DNA of 42,449 nucleotides from Eubacteriales bacterium (GTDB taxonomy: Bacteria; Bacillota; Clostridia; Oscillospirales; CAG-272). Both the position numbers and the translations under genes were made by a program. This document shows positions 1-9,300 of the stretch, piece after piece (the stretch's first letter is position 1; each line of letters begins with the position of its first letter). The notes beneath the pieces are model-generated. The model did no database searches. It worked only from the letters and a program-made list of their open reading frames with translations, and was not told the origin of the DNA. The stretch covers positions 1 through 42,449 of the forward strand of contig DBGFNI010000116.1 of assembly GCA_048527645.1 (NCBI GenBank), read 5' to 3'.

Positions 1-228
1 AATACGGTTTTGATCAATTCTTCACTTTTTTGCTTTTTGCTGCATTTTACGGAAAAAAATTCATAATTGCCGATTTGTTTTTTCCGCGTCCTTCCTCAAA
101 CAAGCAAATCAGTGCGCTGCTTTGTTCTTCGCGCCGATTCAATTCCCGAAAAAACCCAATATTAACAATATATTAACAAAAAACGCTTCGTAATATGTTA
201 TACTGATCATAGTGTAATTTTTTGAAAG

Positions 229-795
229 ATGTCCCGGACTGACGGGAAATACAGAATGATGCCCGAAATCAAGAATGACCGTGCGCATGCTGAATTTTTG
301 CCGGTGTTCCGCATCAACCATTCACATGGCACGCGCGGCGAGATGAAATGCGAGCTGCTGTGCGACAGCATGGAGTCCGTCGCAAAAATTCAAACGCTAT
401 ATTGGGACATGCTCGGAGAACATCAGGCGCGTGTCCTGTCGCTCCGCGGCTGCGCCGCGTCTGTGATTCTCCGTGTAGAGGGAGTGGATTCCCCGGAGCA
501 GGCGCAGACGTTGCGGGGAAAATATCTCTATGCCCGGCGCGGGGAAATCCGCATTGCACCCGATCAGTATTTTATCTGCGATCTGATCGGCCTGCCGGTG
601 ATTGACGCCGGGACCGGACGCAAATACGGCGTTTTGCAGGATATCACAGACAATCCCGCAAATCAGCTCTATCATATCAAAACCTCCGGCGGCATTGTGC
701 TCTTCCCTGTTGTCAAGCCGTTTATTGATCATATTGATTTAGAAACCGGAATTTATATTTCTCCGATTCCCGGTTTTTTCGATGAGGAAACGTGA
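229..795 (+). CDS. rimM: 16S rRNA processing protein RimM
   Basis: The N-terminal barrel motif 'HSHGTRGEMKCEL' and the C-terminal PRC-barrel region 'DLIGLPVIDAGTGRKYGVLQDI' are typical of RimM. The stop overlaps the trmD start (TGATG). The true start is uncertain (ATG at 229, 256 or 259). Confidence 0.85.
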   Translation: MSRTDGKYRMMPEIKNDRAHAEFLPVFRINHSHGTRGEMKCELLCDSMESVAKIQTLYWDMLGEHQARVLSLRGCAASVILRVEGVDSPEQAQTLRGKYLYARRGEIRIAPDQYFICDLIGLPVIDAGTGRKYGVLQDITDNPANQLYHIKTSGGIVLFPVVKPFIDHIDLETGIYISPIPGFFDEET

Positions 796-1505
796 TGCGC
801 TTCGATGTAATGACCCTGTTTGCGGACATGGTGCGTACAGTTTTGGATGAAAGCATACTGGGCCGTGCGCAAAAAAAGCAGCTGATTCAGATCGGCGTGC
901 ATGATATCCGCGCCTTTGCCGTCAACGACTACGGTCGCGTGGATGACACACCGTACGGCGGTGGAAAAGGCATGCTGATGATGGCGCCGCCGATTTACGA
1001 CTGCTATCAGAGCATCCTGCGAGAATATCCCGTCCCGCCGCAAAACAGACGTGTGATCTATCTCTCCCCGAAGGGGAAAACCTTTACGCAGTCAGACGCG
1101 CAGCGCCTGTGTGGCTATGAGCAGCTTATCTTTTTGTGCGGCCACTATGAAGGGGTCGATCAGCGCGTACTGGACGAAATTGTTGATGAAGAAATCTCTG
1201 TGGGCGACTATGTGCTGACAGGAGGAGAACTGCCTGCCTGCATCGTGATCGACGCGGTCAGCCGACTGATCGACGGCGTTTTGTCCGACAAGGTATGCTA
1301 TGAGGAGGAGAGCTTCAGCGAGGGACTGCTGGAGTATCCGCAGTATACCAGACCGTATGAATATCACGGCAAAACGGTGCCGGATGTCCTCATCAGCGGT
1401 CATCATGAAAACATCAGACTTTGGCGGCACGAACAATCTGTTGCACTGACGCGGGAACGACGCCCGGATCTTTTGCAGAATGTCCATACCGAACAAAAAG
1501 ATTGA
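795..1505 (+). CDS. trmD: tRNA (guanine37-N1)-methyltransferase TrmD
   Basis: Carries the motifs 'RVDDTPYGGGKGMLM', 'LCGHYEGVDQRV' and 'SVGDYVLTGGELPA'. Conserved rimM-trmD order. ATG at 795 overlaps the rimM stop; the ORF track started one codon earlier at GTG 792. Confidence 0.95.
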   Translation: MRFDVMTLFADMVRTVLDESILGRAQKKQLIQIGVHDIRAFAVNDYGRVDDTPYGGGKGMLMMAPPIYDCYQSILREYPVPPQNRRVIYLSPKGKTFTQSDAQRLCGYEQLIFLCGHYEGVDQRVLDEIVDEEISVGDYVLTGGELPACIVIDAVSRLIDGVLSDKVCYEEESFSEGLLEYPQYTRPYEYHGKTVPDVLISGHHENIRLWRHEQSVALTRERRPDLLQNVHTEQKD

Positions 1506-1526
1506 ATTTGAGAAAGGAGTGGTATC

Positions 1527-3440
1527 TTGAATCAATCGAATTCCCGCAGTCATCTTTGGGAAGGCTTGAAGCGCTTGCTCTCGCAAAGTGTCATTCTTGC
1601 TTTTTTATACCGTCTTTGCTGCCTGATTTATCAAAAAGCGCGGCAAAGCGCAATCGGCACGTTTCTTTGCGCTTATGACGAAAATAACGGTCTGATCAAA
1701 AACAGCTTCGCCGCGCATATTTTTTCCCGCATTTCCGTCAAGCAGAAAATTCTGCGTCCTTTAAAGTTTTTCTTTGCAGAGGCGTTCGGCAACAGTTTGA
1801 TCTGCAATAAAATCCGTTCCGGTATTCTGTCTTTCACCAGGATTTCTTCTTCGCAGATCGGGCTGTCTCTGCTGTTCTTTTCCCTGTCCGCTCTGACAAT
1901 GGAGGGCATCTCTGCGATCCGCGCCGGGCTTGACGCAATGTCCGGCACGAATCTGATTGTCTCTTTGGTGATTCTGATCAGCAGCTTCACCTTGCTCGGA
2001 ACGCGCCAGCCGATCGGTATCTGCGTGCTGCGCAGCCGCTTTTTGGGACCGATTTTGTTCGATATACTTGACATCGACGGCAATTATATAAACGACGAAA
2101 CGCCTGTCAAGGCATATCCTGTCGTATCCATTGTGATCGGCACGGTGTGGGGTCTGCTCTCTTTCTTTGTTCCGTTGCTATATCTGGTTGTGCTCCCGTT
2201 TGCTCTGCTGGCGCTGTATCTGATCCTGTGCCTGCCGGAGACCGGCGTGGTGCTTTCCCTGTTTGCTGCGCCCTTTTTGCCGACGATGGTTATGGTTGCG
2301 ATCATCTCGTATGCCTTCTTGTGTTATTTTATCAAGCTGATCGCCGGGCGCCGGATCATGCGCTTCGAGCCGTTGGATTATGCGGTTGTGCTGTTCCTGT
2401 TCCTGTATATTCTCGGGTCGTTTACGTCGATTGACTTTTCTCTCTCCGTACTTCCGACGCTTGTTTTCACCTGCTTTATACTGGGCTATTTTTTGGTCGT
2501 CAATCTGATTCGGGACGAAAAGTGGTTTCGCCGCGCGCTCACCGCGCTCACCCTTTCCGCTTCTTTTGAAGCATTGTACGGCATTTATCAAAACTATTTT
2601 TCCAAAGCAGACAACACCTGGCAAGATACGGAAATGTTCGACGATATCGCGGGACGCGTTGTTTCCACGCTGGAAAACCCGAATGTTTTGGGCGAATATC
2701 TGATCCTGTGCCTGCCTCTGCTCTTTTTGTCCATTTGGATCGGAAACGGCACGCAGGAGAAATTACGTCGGTGCATTCCGTTTGTTCTGTGCAGCACATG
2801 TCTGATTTTCACATGGTCGCGCGGCGCTTGGCTCGGTTTCATCTTTTCCATGATCGTGCTGCTCCTGATGCTCAGCCGCAAGAGCCTGATGCTGTGCTTT
2901 GCCGGCGTTGCTGCGGTTCCCTTTTTACCGTTTGTTTTGCCGCCGAATATTCTGCACCGCTTCACCAGTATCGGAAATCTGAAGGATTCCTCAACAAGCT
3001 ACCGTGTCAGCATTTGGAGAGGCACCCTGCGAATGCTGAAAGATCATTTTTTCTCCGGCATCGGCAGCGGAATTGATCTGTTCCCGTTGGTCTACCGTGA
3101 CTATTCTCTGATCGGTATTGAAAAGGCGCCCCATTCACATAATTTGTATTTACAATTGCTTGTAGAGATGGGAATCTGGGGCTTGCTTGCATTTCTCCTG
3201 ATCGTCCTTTTCTGTGCCAAGACAACCTTCCATACCGTAAACCGTGACAAAATGGATCGCAACAGATTGATTTCTGCCGGACTGTTCTGCGGTATACTGG
3301 CGGTGCTGATACAGGGTATGACCGATTATATCTGGTATAACTACCGCATGTTCCTGATTTTCTGGCTCTTCGTGGGGCTTCTCTCCGCCGCCGGAAAAAT
3401 CGCATCGAAAAAAACAAGCGTGCTTGACACCTTGATGTAG
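1527..3440 (+). CDS. O-antigen ligase / Wzy_C family polytopic membrane protein
   Basis: Many hydrophobic helices. Wzy_C-type core 'TWSRGAWLGFIFSMIVLL' and 'HSHNLYLQLLVEMGIWG'. TTG start lies 8 nt after AAAGGAG. Confidence 0.75.
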   Translation: MNQSNSRSHLWEGLKRLLSQSVILAFLYRLCCLIYQKARQSAIGTFLCAYDENNGLIKNSFAAHIFSRISVKQKILRPLKFFFAEAFGNSLICNKIRSGILSFTRISSSQIGLSLLFFSLSALTMEGISAIRAGLDAMSGTNLIVSLVILISSFTLLGTRQPIGICVLRSRFLGPILFDILDIDGNYINDETPVKAYPVVSIVIGTVWGLLSFFVPLLYLVVLPFALLALYLILCLPETGVVLSLFAAPFLPTMVMVAIISYAFLCYFIKLIAGRRIMRFEPLDYAVVLFLFLYILGSFTSIDFSLSVLPTLVFTCFILGYFLVVNLIRDEKWFRRALTALTLSASFEALYGIYQNYFSKADNTWQDTEMFDDIAGRVVSTLENPNVLGEYLILCLPLLFLSIWIGNGTQEKLRRCIPFVLCSTCLIFTWSRGAWLGFIFSMIVLLLMLSRKSLMLCFAGVAAVPFLPFVLPPNILHRFTSIGNLKDSSTSYRVSIWRGTLRMLKDHFFSGIGSGIDLFPLVYRDYSLIGIEKAPHSHNLYLQLLVEMGIWGLLAFLLIVLFCAKTTFHTVNRDKMDRNRLISAGLFCGILAVLIQGMTDYIWYNYRMFLIFWLFVGLLSAAGKIASKKTSVLDTLM

Positions 3441-3473
3441 CCGATATTGCAAAGCAGAAAGGATAAATAAAAA

Positions 3474-3986
3474 ATGGCTGATGTGAAAAGTAAAGGAAAG
3501 CGCCTGAACGGATTTGATATTTTTCTGATTGTTTGTGTTGCTCTGGTTTTATTGGCAGCTGCTGCAATTTTTGTACTGCCGAGGTTTTTCGGAGACAATC
3601 AGGGCGCCGGGGAAAACGAAAATGTCAAGATTCGTTATGTTCTGCGTATAGAAAGCATTCCAAACGCGGCGCTGATTGACATCCAAAACGGCGAAACCGT
3701 AATGGAAAATTTAACCTGTGACCCGTTGGGCACCATCGTTGATGAGCCAACAATCTTTCCCTCTGTTACAATGGGAAAAAATATGCAAAACGGCGAGTTG
3801 TTTGAAACAAAGATTCCCACTCAAAAAACAGTGGAATTAACGGTTGAGAGCGATGCGCTCAGAGATACCTCGAATTACGAAATCAACGAGCATGAAATCG
3901 TCGCGGATACCTATATTTCCATTCGTACAAAAAATTTTTACGGCTATGCGCTGATCGAAAACATTGAGGAGGTGGAAGCAGAATGA
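3474..3986 (+). CDS. membrane-anchored protein, DUF4330-like
   Basis: Basic N-terminus plus a single TM ('RLNGFDIFLIVCVALVLLAAAAIFVL'), then a ~130-aa ectodomain. This pattern matches DUF4330 proteins of Clostridia as I recall them. SD AAAGGA is present. Confidence 0.5.
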   Translation: MADVKSKGKRLNGFDIFLIVCVALVLLAAAAIFVLPRFFGDNQGAGENENVKIRYVLRIESIPNAALIDIQNGETVMENLTCDPLGTIVDEPTIFPSVTMGKNMQNGELFETKIPTQKTVELTVESDALRDTSNYEINEHEIVADTYISIRTKNFYGYALIENIEEVEAE

Positions 3987-4579
3987 ACGAAACAAAGAAA
4001 ACACACCGCTTCAATGTGGTAGATTTGATTATCGTCATTGTTCTGATCGGTTGCGTTGTCGGCATTGTTCTCCGCGAATACAGGAAGACAACCTTAGAAA
4101 ACGGCTCGCTGACAGAAGACGGAAAGATTACCGTTTATGCAACGGCTGTCATACCTTATGTGGAAAATGAGCAGATCAGCATGCTGCAAACCGGACAAGA
4201 CTTTGAAGAGGCAACCGACGACGGCGGCTCGTACGGAACGCTGTACTACTATTCCGCCATTGCCGACGCGCGTGAGCGCTATGCGCTCAACGACGGGCGG
4301 CAGTATACCACCGTCAACCCCAAGCGAAAAGATGTATACTGCGTGCTGGAATTTCGTGTCACCGATACAGAATTCGGTTATCTGATTGATAACCGTCGCT
4401 ATCTCGACGCAAATTCTGCAAAATCCGTTACCAACGGCGCAGTGAAAAAGAATCTTACTGTCCTGCAGGTTTTCACCGACAGCAAACTGGCTGTCGCATT
4501 TGCCGACGAACTGGCATCAAACCCGAAGAAGTATGATTATCAGGAAGGCTCCGACGTTTATGCCCGCGTTGTTGATTGA
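3983..4579 (+). CDS. membrane-anchored protein, DUF4330-like paralog
   Basis: 'HRFNVVDLIIVIVLIGCVVGIVL' N-terminal anchor with the same architecture as the preceding gene. ATGA overlap with its stop. SD GAGGAGG. Confidence 0.5.
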   Translation: MNETKKTHRFNVVDLIIVIVLIGCVVGIVLREYRKTTLENGSLTEDGKITVYATAVIPYVENEQISMLQTGQDFEEATDDGGSYGTLYYYSAIADARERYALNDGRQYTTVNPKRKDVYCVLEFRVTDTEFGYLIDNRRYLDANSAKSVTNGAVKKNLTVLQVFTDSKLAVAFADELASNPKKYDYQEGSDVYARVVD

Positions 4580-5447
4580 TGCATTGATCGATACGCTGAA
4601 AGACTGCCTGCGGCTCTTGCCGTTTCTCTTTCTGACGTATCTGTTCATGGAATATCTGGAGCATAAAACGCAGAAAAAGACCGTTTCCATGCTGCGTCAC
4701 GCCGGACCCCTCGGTCCCCTGATCGGCAGTGTGCTCGGCGCTTTTCCGCAGTGCGGTTTTTCCGCGGCGGCAGCGGGCTTTTATGCCACAGGTGTGATAT
4801 CCTGCGGCACGCTGATTGCGGTTTTTCTCTCCACCTCAGATGAGATGCTGCCCATCTTTCTTTCCGCGCTGGCAGAGCATTCCCTTTCCCTATCCGCGAT
4901 CCTGAAAATTATCGGGATCAAGATTTTGCTGGCGTTTCTATTCGGCTGTCTGATCGACGCGGTATTGCACCTGTTGCTGAAAAAGCGCGACCCCGCAGCC
5001 CATGAAAACATTCACGCGGTGTGCGAAAAGGAGCATTGCCACTGTGAAAACGGTATTTTGCGCTCTGCACTGCATCACACCGCTAACATTCTATTTTTCC
5101 TCTTTGTTATCATTTTTCTGCTGAATGCAGCCGTCGCGCTGATCGGAGAAGATCGCATCAGCAGCTTTGTCGCTGACACCGGTGTGCTCTCCGTGTTTCT
5201 GACCCCTTTGATCGGTCTGATTCCGAACTGTGCGGCAAGCGTCGTGATCACACAGCTGTTTTTGGAGGGAATGATTGATTTTTCCGCTATGATGGGCGGA
5301 CTGCTGACCGGCAGCGGCGTCGGGCTGTTGGTGCTGTTTCGGCAAAGCGGCTCGTTGAAGCGAAATCTGTGCATCACATGCGTCATGTACCTGATCGGCG
5401 CTTCCGTCGGGATTATCATGCACGCACTTGCCTTTTCACCGGTATAA
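4560..5447 (+). CDS. ArsP_2-type putative 10-TM metal/metalloid permease
   Basis: The N-terminus 'MPALLIDALIDTLKDCLRLLPFLFLTYLFMEYLEHK' resembles the ArsP_2 (putative manganese/arsenic efflux) family, and the protein is polytopic. I chose the internal ATG at 4560 (SD AGGAAGG) because the ORF-track start at 4500 lies inside the previous gene. Confidence 0.55.
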   Translation: MPALLIDALIDTLKDCLRLLPFLFLTYLFMEYLEHKTQKKTVSMLRHAGPLGPLIGSVLGAFPQCGFSAAAAGFYATGVISCGTLIAVFLSTSDEMLPIFLSALAEHSLSLSAILKIIGIKILLAFLFGCLIDAVLHLLLKKRDPAAHENIHAVCEKEHCHCENGILRSALHHTANILFFLFVIIFLLNAAVALIGEDRISSFVADTGVLSVFLTPLIGLIPNCAASVVITQLFLEGMIDFSAMMGGLLTGSGVGLLVLFRQSGSLKRNLCITCVMYLIGASVGIIMHALAFSPV

Positions 5448-5504
5448 CGAAAACATTTTAAACATTAATAAATCAAAAATTATTGTAAGGAAGGAAACAT
5501 AATT

Positions 5505-6230
5505 ATGATGGAATACGGACTGCAGCTTTACAGCGTCAGAGACGCAATGGAAAAGGATGTGTACAGCACGCTCAAGGCGGTTGCACAGATCGGTTATACC
5601 AGCGTGGAATTTGCCGGCTTTTTCGGCGTCGAAGCGCCGACCATGAAGGCGTGGCTGGATGAGCTGGGGCTCAAAGCCAGTGGCACGCACACAACCATTT
5701 ACGAGGTGCGGGATCATTACGATGAAATTGTTGCCTACCATAAGACCATTGACTGTAACAATCTGATTATCCCGTGGGCTGATATGTCCTCGCCGGAAAA
5801 GATCCAGGAACTGCTTGGCCTGATCCGAGAATATCAACCGCGTCTCGCTGCGGATGGAATCACACTCGGATTCCACAATCACGCACAGGAATTTGAGGTA
5901 GATGCAACCGGCACACTGCCCTACGCAATCTTGGAATATTGCACCGATCTTTCCTTGGAAGTAGATACTTATTGGACCTTTGTCGCAGGCTTGGATTCTC
6001 CCGCTGTCATCGAACGACTGCGTGACCGCATTCAGTTCATTCACCTCAAGGACGGCACGGCGGATAAAGTCGGCAAGCCGCTCGGAACCGGCGAAGCTCC
6101 GGTTGCTGCGGTAGTCAAAAAAGCGAAAGAACTCGGATTCTCCATGATCGTTGAGAGTGAAAACCTCTTCCCTGACGGATTGACAGAAGTGAAAAGCTGC
6201 TTTGAATATCTGAAATCCCTGGAAGCATAA
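5505..6230 (+). CDS. sugar phosphate isomerase/epimerase (xylose-isomerase-like TIM barrel)
   Basis: 'GLQLYSVRD...IGYTSVEFAGFFG' N-terminus, then 'GFHNHAQEF' and 'IHLKDG' metal-ligand-type motifs typical of AP_endonuc_2 / IolE-like proteins. Confidence 0.75.
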   Translation: MMEYGLQLYSVRDAMEKDVYSTLKAVAQIGYTSVEFAGFFGVEAPTMKAWLDELGLKASGTHTTIYEVRDHYDEIVAYHKTIDCNNLIIPWADMSSPEKIQELLGLIREYQPRLAADGITLGFHNHAQEFEVDATGTLPYAILEYCTDLSLEVDTYWTFVAGLDSPAVIERLRDRIQFIHLKDGTADKVGKPLGTGEAPVAAVVKKAKELGFSMIVESENLFPDGLTEVKSCFEYLKSLEA

Positions 6231-6255
6231 AGTTTCATACACGCAAATAGATTTA

Positions 6256-6293
6256 TGCCCCGGCATTCCTGATTTTTCAAAGCAGCCGGGGTA
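6256..6293 (+). terminator. weak hairpin after the isomerase gene
   Basis: tgccccggc (6256-6264) pairs with gccggggta (6285-6293). The loop is long (20 nt) and a T-rich tail follows. Weak. Confidence 0.3.
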
Positions 6294-6356
6294 TGCTTCT
6301 TGACAAACTGCCTGCAATCATAGAATGTCATAGAAAGATTGAAAGAAGTGAACAGA

Positions 6357-9300
6357 ATGAAAAACTATCTTCAACGTGTTCTCCCTCTGCTTTTGGCGTT
6401 TTCTCTGAGCATTTCCCTGTTTGTTCCCGCCGCCGCGCTCACAGCGGACGCAAATGAGCCGGCGCAAGCCCTTTCCGACGGCGTGTATATGCTGCTTGAC
6501 CCGGTTACGGGTATGGCCCTGTATCGGACAGACAGTGACACCCTGGGGGCGAGATCTCCCGACGGATCTGAACTATTTACCGTTTGCAGCACAGACGGCG
6601 GCTTTCTCCTCTCTGATCAGGAAAGCGGAAAAGCCCTGAGTGATCGGGCAACCTTCACTGCAAATGGCAGCGTCTTATCGCTGACATGTTCGGCAGGCGG
6701 CAAGGTGTCGGTTGCTTCTGCTGACGGCTTGGCATTAACCAGAAGCGGCGACCGAATCCTTTTTGCTGACACAGACGACGCTGACAGTACACTTTGGCAG
6801 CTTTTGGCGGTCGATACCTCCTTTGCTGATGCAAAACAAACCGATGCAACGGGATCTGAAGGACAAGCAGAGCTGAGCGGGTCATCTATCTATTTCCCTT
6901 TAGCACGTTCTGCGGCAAGCTCCACTGTGTATGCTTGGGGCATTGACGTTTCAAAACATCAGGGGACGGTGAACTGGACCAGCGTTGCAAATTCCGGCGT
7001 TGATTTTGCAATCATCCGGATCGGCTACGGTTCTTCAAACTCTGCCTCTATCACGATTGATTCGCAGTTTTATACCAACCTCAACGGCGCGTTGAATGCC
7101 GGACTTGACGTCGGACTGTATTTGTACTCCTACGCGATAAATGCTACGAGTGCAACCTCTGAGGCAAATCAGGTGGTTTCGATCATCAAGAACTACCCGG
7201 GCAAAATTACATATCCGATCTTTATGGACATCGAAGATTCCGTGCAGGCGTCTGCCGGCAAAACGAATAACACCGCTGCCATTCGCGCTTTTGTTTCAAC
7301 TGTAAAAAGCGCCGGATATTACTGCGGCTACTACTCCTATCTGTCTTTTATCAATAATTATTTCAACAAATCGCAGCTGACAGATATTGATCTCTGGATC
7401 GCTGCCTACGGCGCCAATGACGGCTTGCCGCACAGCAGCGTTCTCTCCGGTTTCACCAGCAATACCTATCAGATGTGGCAATACACCTCGCGTGGCGCCT
7501 CTAAAGTGTCAGGAATTTCCAGCTCGGGCTTGGATCTTAACTATGCTTATGTCAACTATCCGTCGATTATCAAAAGCGGCGGCTATAACGGATTTTCAAA
7601 TGTCCCCCAAGACGACGGAAAGAGCACCTATTTCACGGCATGTCCGTCCTACTGCACGACGATCACGGAGGGGCTGAACGCCATCGGCGTGAACAGCAGC
7701 TACTCCTACCGCGCACAAATCGCGGCATACAACAATTTCACAAACTATACCGGCACACCGGAACAGAACACCACGATGCTCAATATGCTCAAGGCCGGCA
7801 CGCTATTGCGCCCTGTCACCTCCTACACCGTCACCTTTAACGGCAACGGCGGCTCTGTCACCGCCTCCTCCAAGACGATGGCCTCCGGCAGCAGCGTAAA
7901 CAGCGACAGCGGCGTGAGCGCTACGCGCACCGGCTACACCTTCGTCGGCTGGTCGGCAGCCAACGACAACACCGTGGATTCTTCCCTGACCGTCACCGGC
8001 AATATGACCGTGTATGCCTGCTGGAGCATCAAATCCTACACCGTCACCTTCAACGGCAACGGCGGTTCCTCCTCCACGACCTCAAAAGCCCTTGCCTATG
8101 GGGTCAACGTCAACAGCAGCGGCGTGACTGCCACTCGCATCGGTTATACCTTCCTCGGCTGGTCGGCGGCAAACGACAATACTGTAGATTCTTCGCTGAC
8201 GGTGACCGGCGCCTTGGCTGTCTACGCCTGCTGGAGTGTGAACAATTATACCGTCACCTTCAACGGCAACGGGGGTACGCCCTCCGCCGACTCCAAAACC
8301 ATGTCCTATCTGAGCGTTGTCAACACCGACAGCGGCGTGAGCGCCTCCCGCACCGGCTATACCTTCCTCGGTTGGTCGGCGGCAAACGATAACACCGTCG
8401 ATTCCTCTCTGAAGGTCACTGCCGATATGACCGTGTATGCATGCTGGAGCACCAACGCCTACACCGTCACCTTCGACGGCAACGGCGGCACGCCCTCCTC
8501 TGCTACCCTTTCCCTGGAATACGGCACGGACGTGTTGGATGCAGGGGTAAGTGCTACCCGCACCAATTACACCTTCCTTGGCTGGTCGGCAGCCAATGAC
8601 GGCACGGCAGACAGCTCCATTCCCGTCACGGCAGATATGACCGTATACGCCGTATGGCAGGCGGGAACCCATACGATCACCTATCTGTCTGATGGCGTGA
8701 GCGAAACGCAACAGGCAGTCATCGGATTTTCCATCACCTTCCCCACACGCACCAAGAACGGCTACGCCTTTGGCGGCTGGCTGTGCCTGGCAGACGGCAT
8801 TCTCTATCTGCCGGGTGAGACCTTTGTTCCCTCCGGTGATGTGACCTTCGTGGCACAGTGGACGGAACAGCGCACACAGACGGTCAGCCTTGTCAATGAG
8901 GGTGAAACAACCAAGCAAACCGTGGAAAAGAACAGCGCATTTGCGTTGCCGACGCTGACGCGCAGCGGATATGCGCATGACGGCTGGCTGTGCGCGCAGG
9001 ACGGATTGTTCTACGCACCGGGCGAGAGCGTTACCGTCGCCCAGGATCTGACCTTTACCGCTCTTTGGACGCAGAGCGAAGCGCCGGCGCAGCCGATTGA
9101 AACAACCGTCGGCTTCGCACGGAACCTGCAGCTGCTCAACTGCATTGATTTCAATGTGATTGTCAAGGCAGATCAGCTGCCCGCCGGCGCAACCGACTTC
9201 CGCATGGAGATCGCACGCGAGATTGACGGCACGGTCGGCGACTATGCAGAGGCGGCGCTGAACACGGCAAACACCACTTCTACCCGCCTGTACTACTGTG

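Noticed and set aside
1-228. Upstream region of rimM, scanned for an rpsP/KH-protein gene end, a small ORF or a promoter
   Set aside because: There are only tiny ORFs of 7 codons or fewer. An extended -10-like 'TGtTATACT' (196-204) exists but lacks a credible -35 at proper spacing (20 nt to TTAACA), so I could not support a promoter call.
7824-8660. Regular ~210-nt nucleotide repeats, considered as a possible CRISPR-like or satellite array
   Set aside because: The period is a multiple of 3, the units are contiguous without unique spacers, and they translate in frame into a known protein repeat (Listeria-Bacteroides/Flg_new type) within one long ORF.
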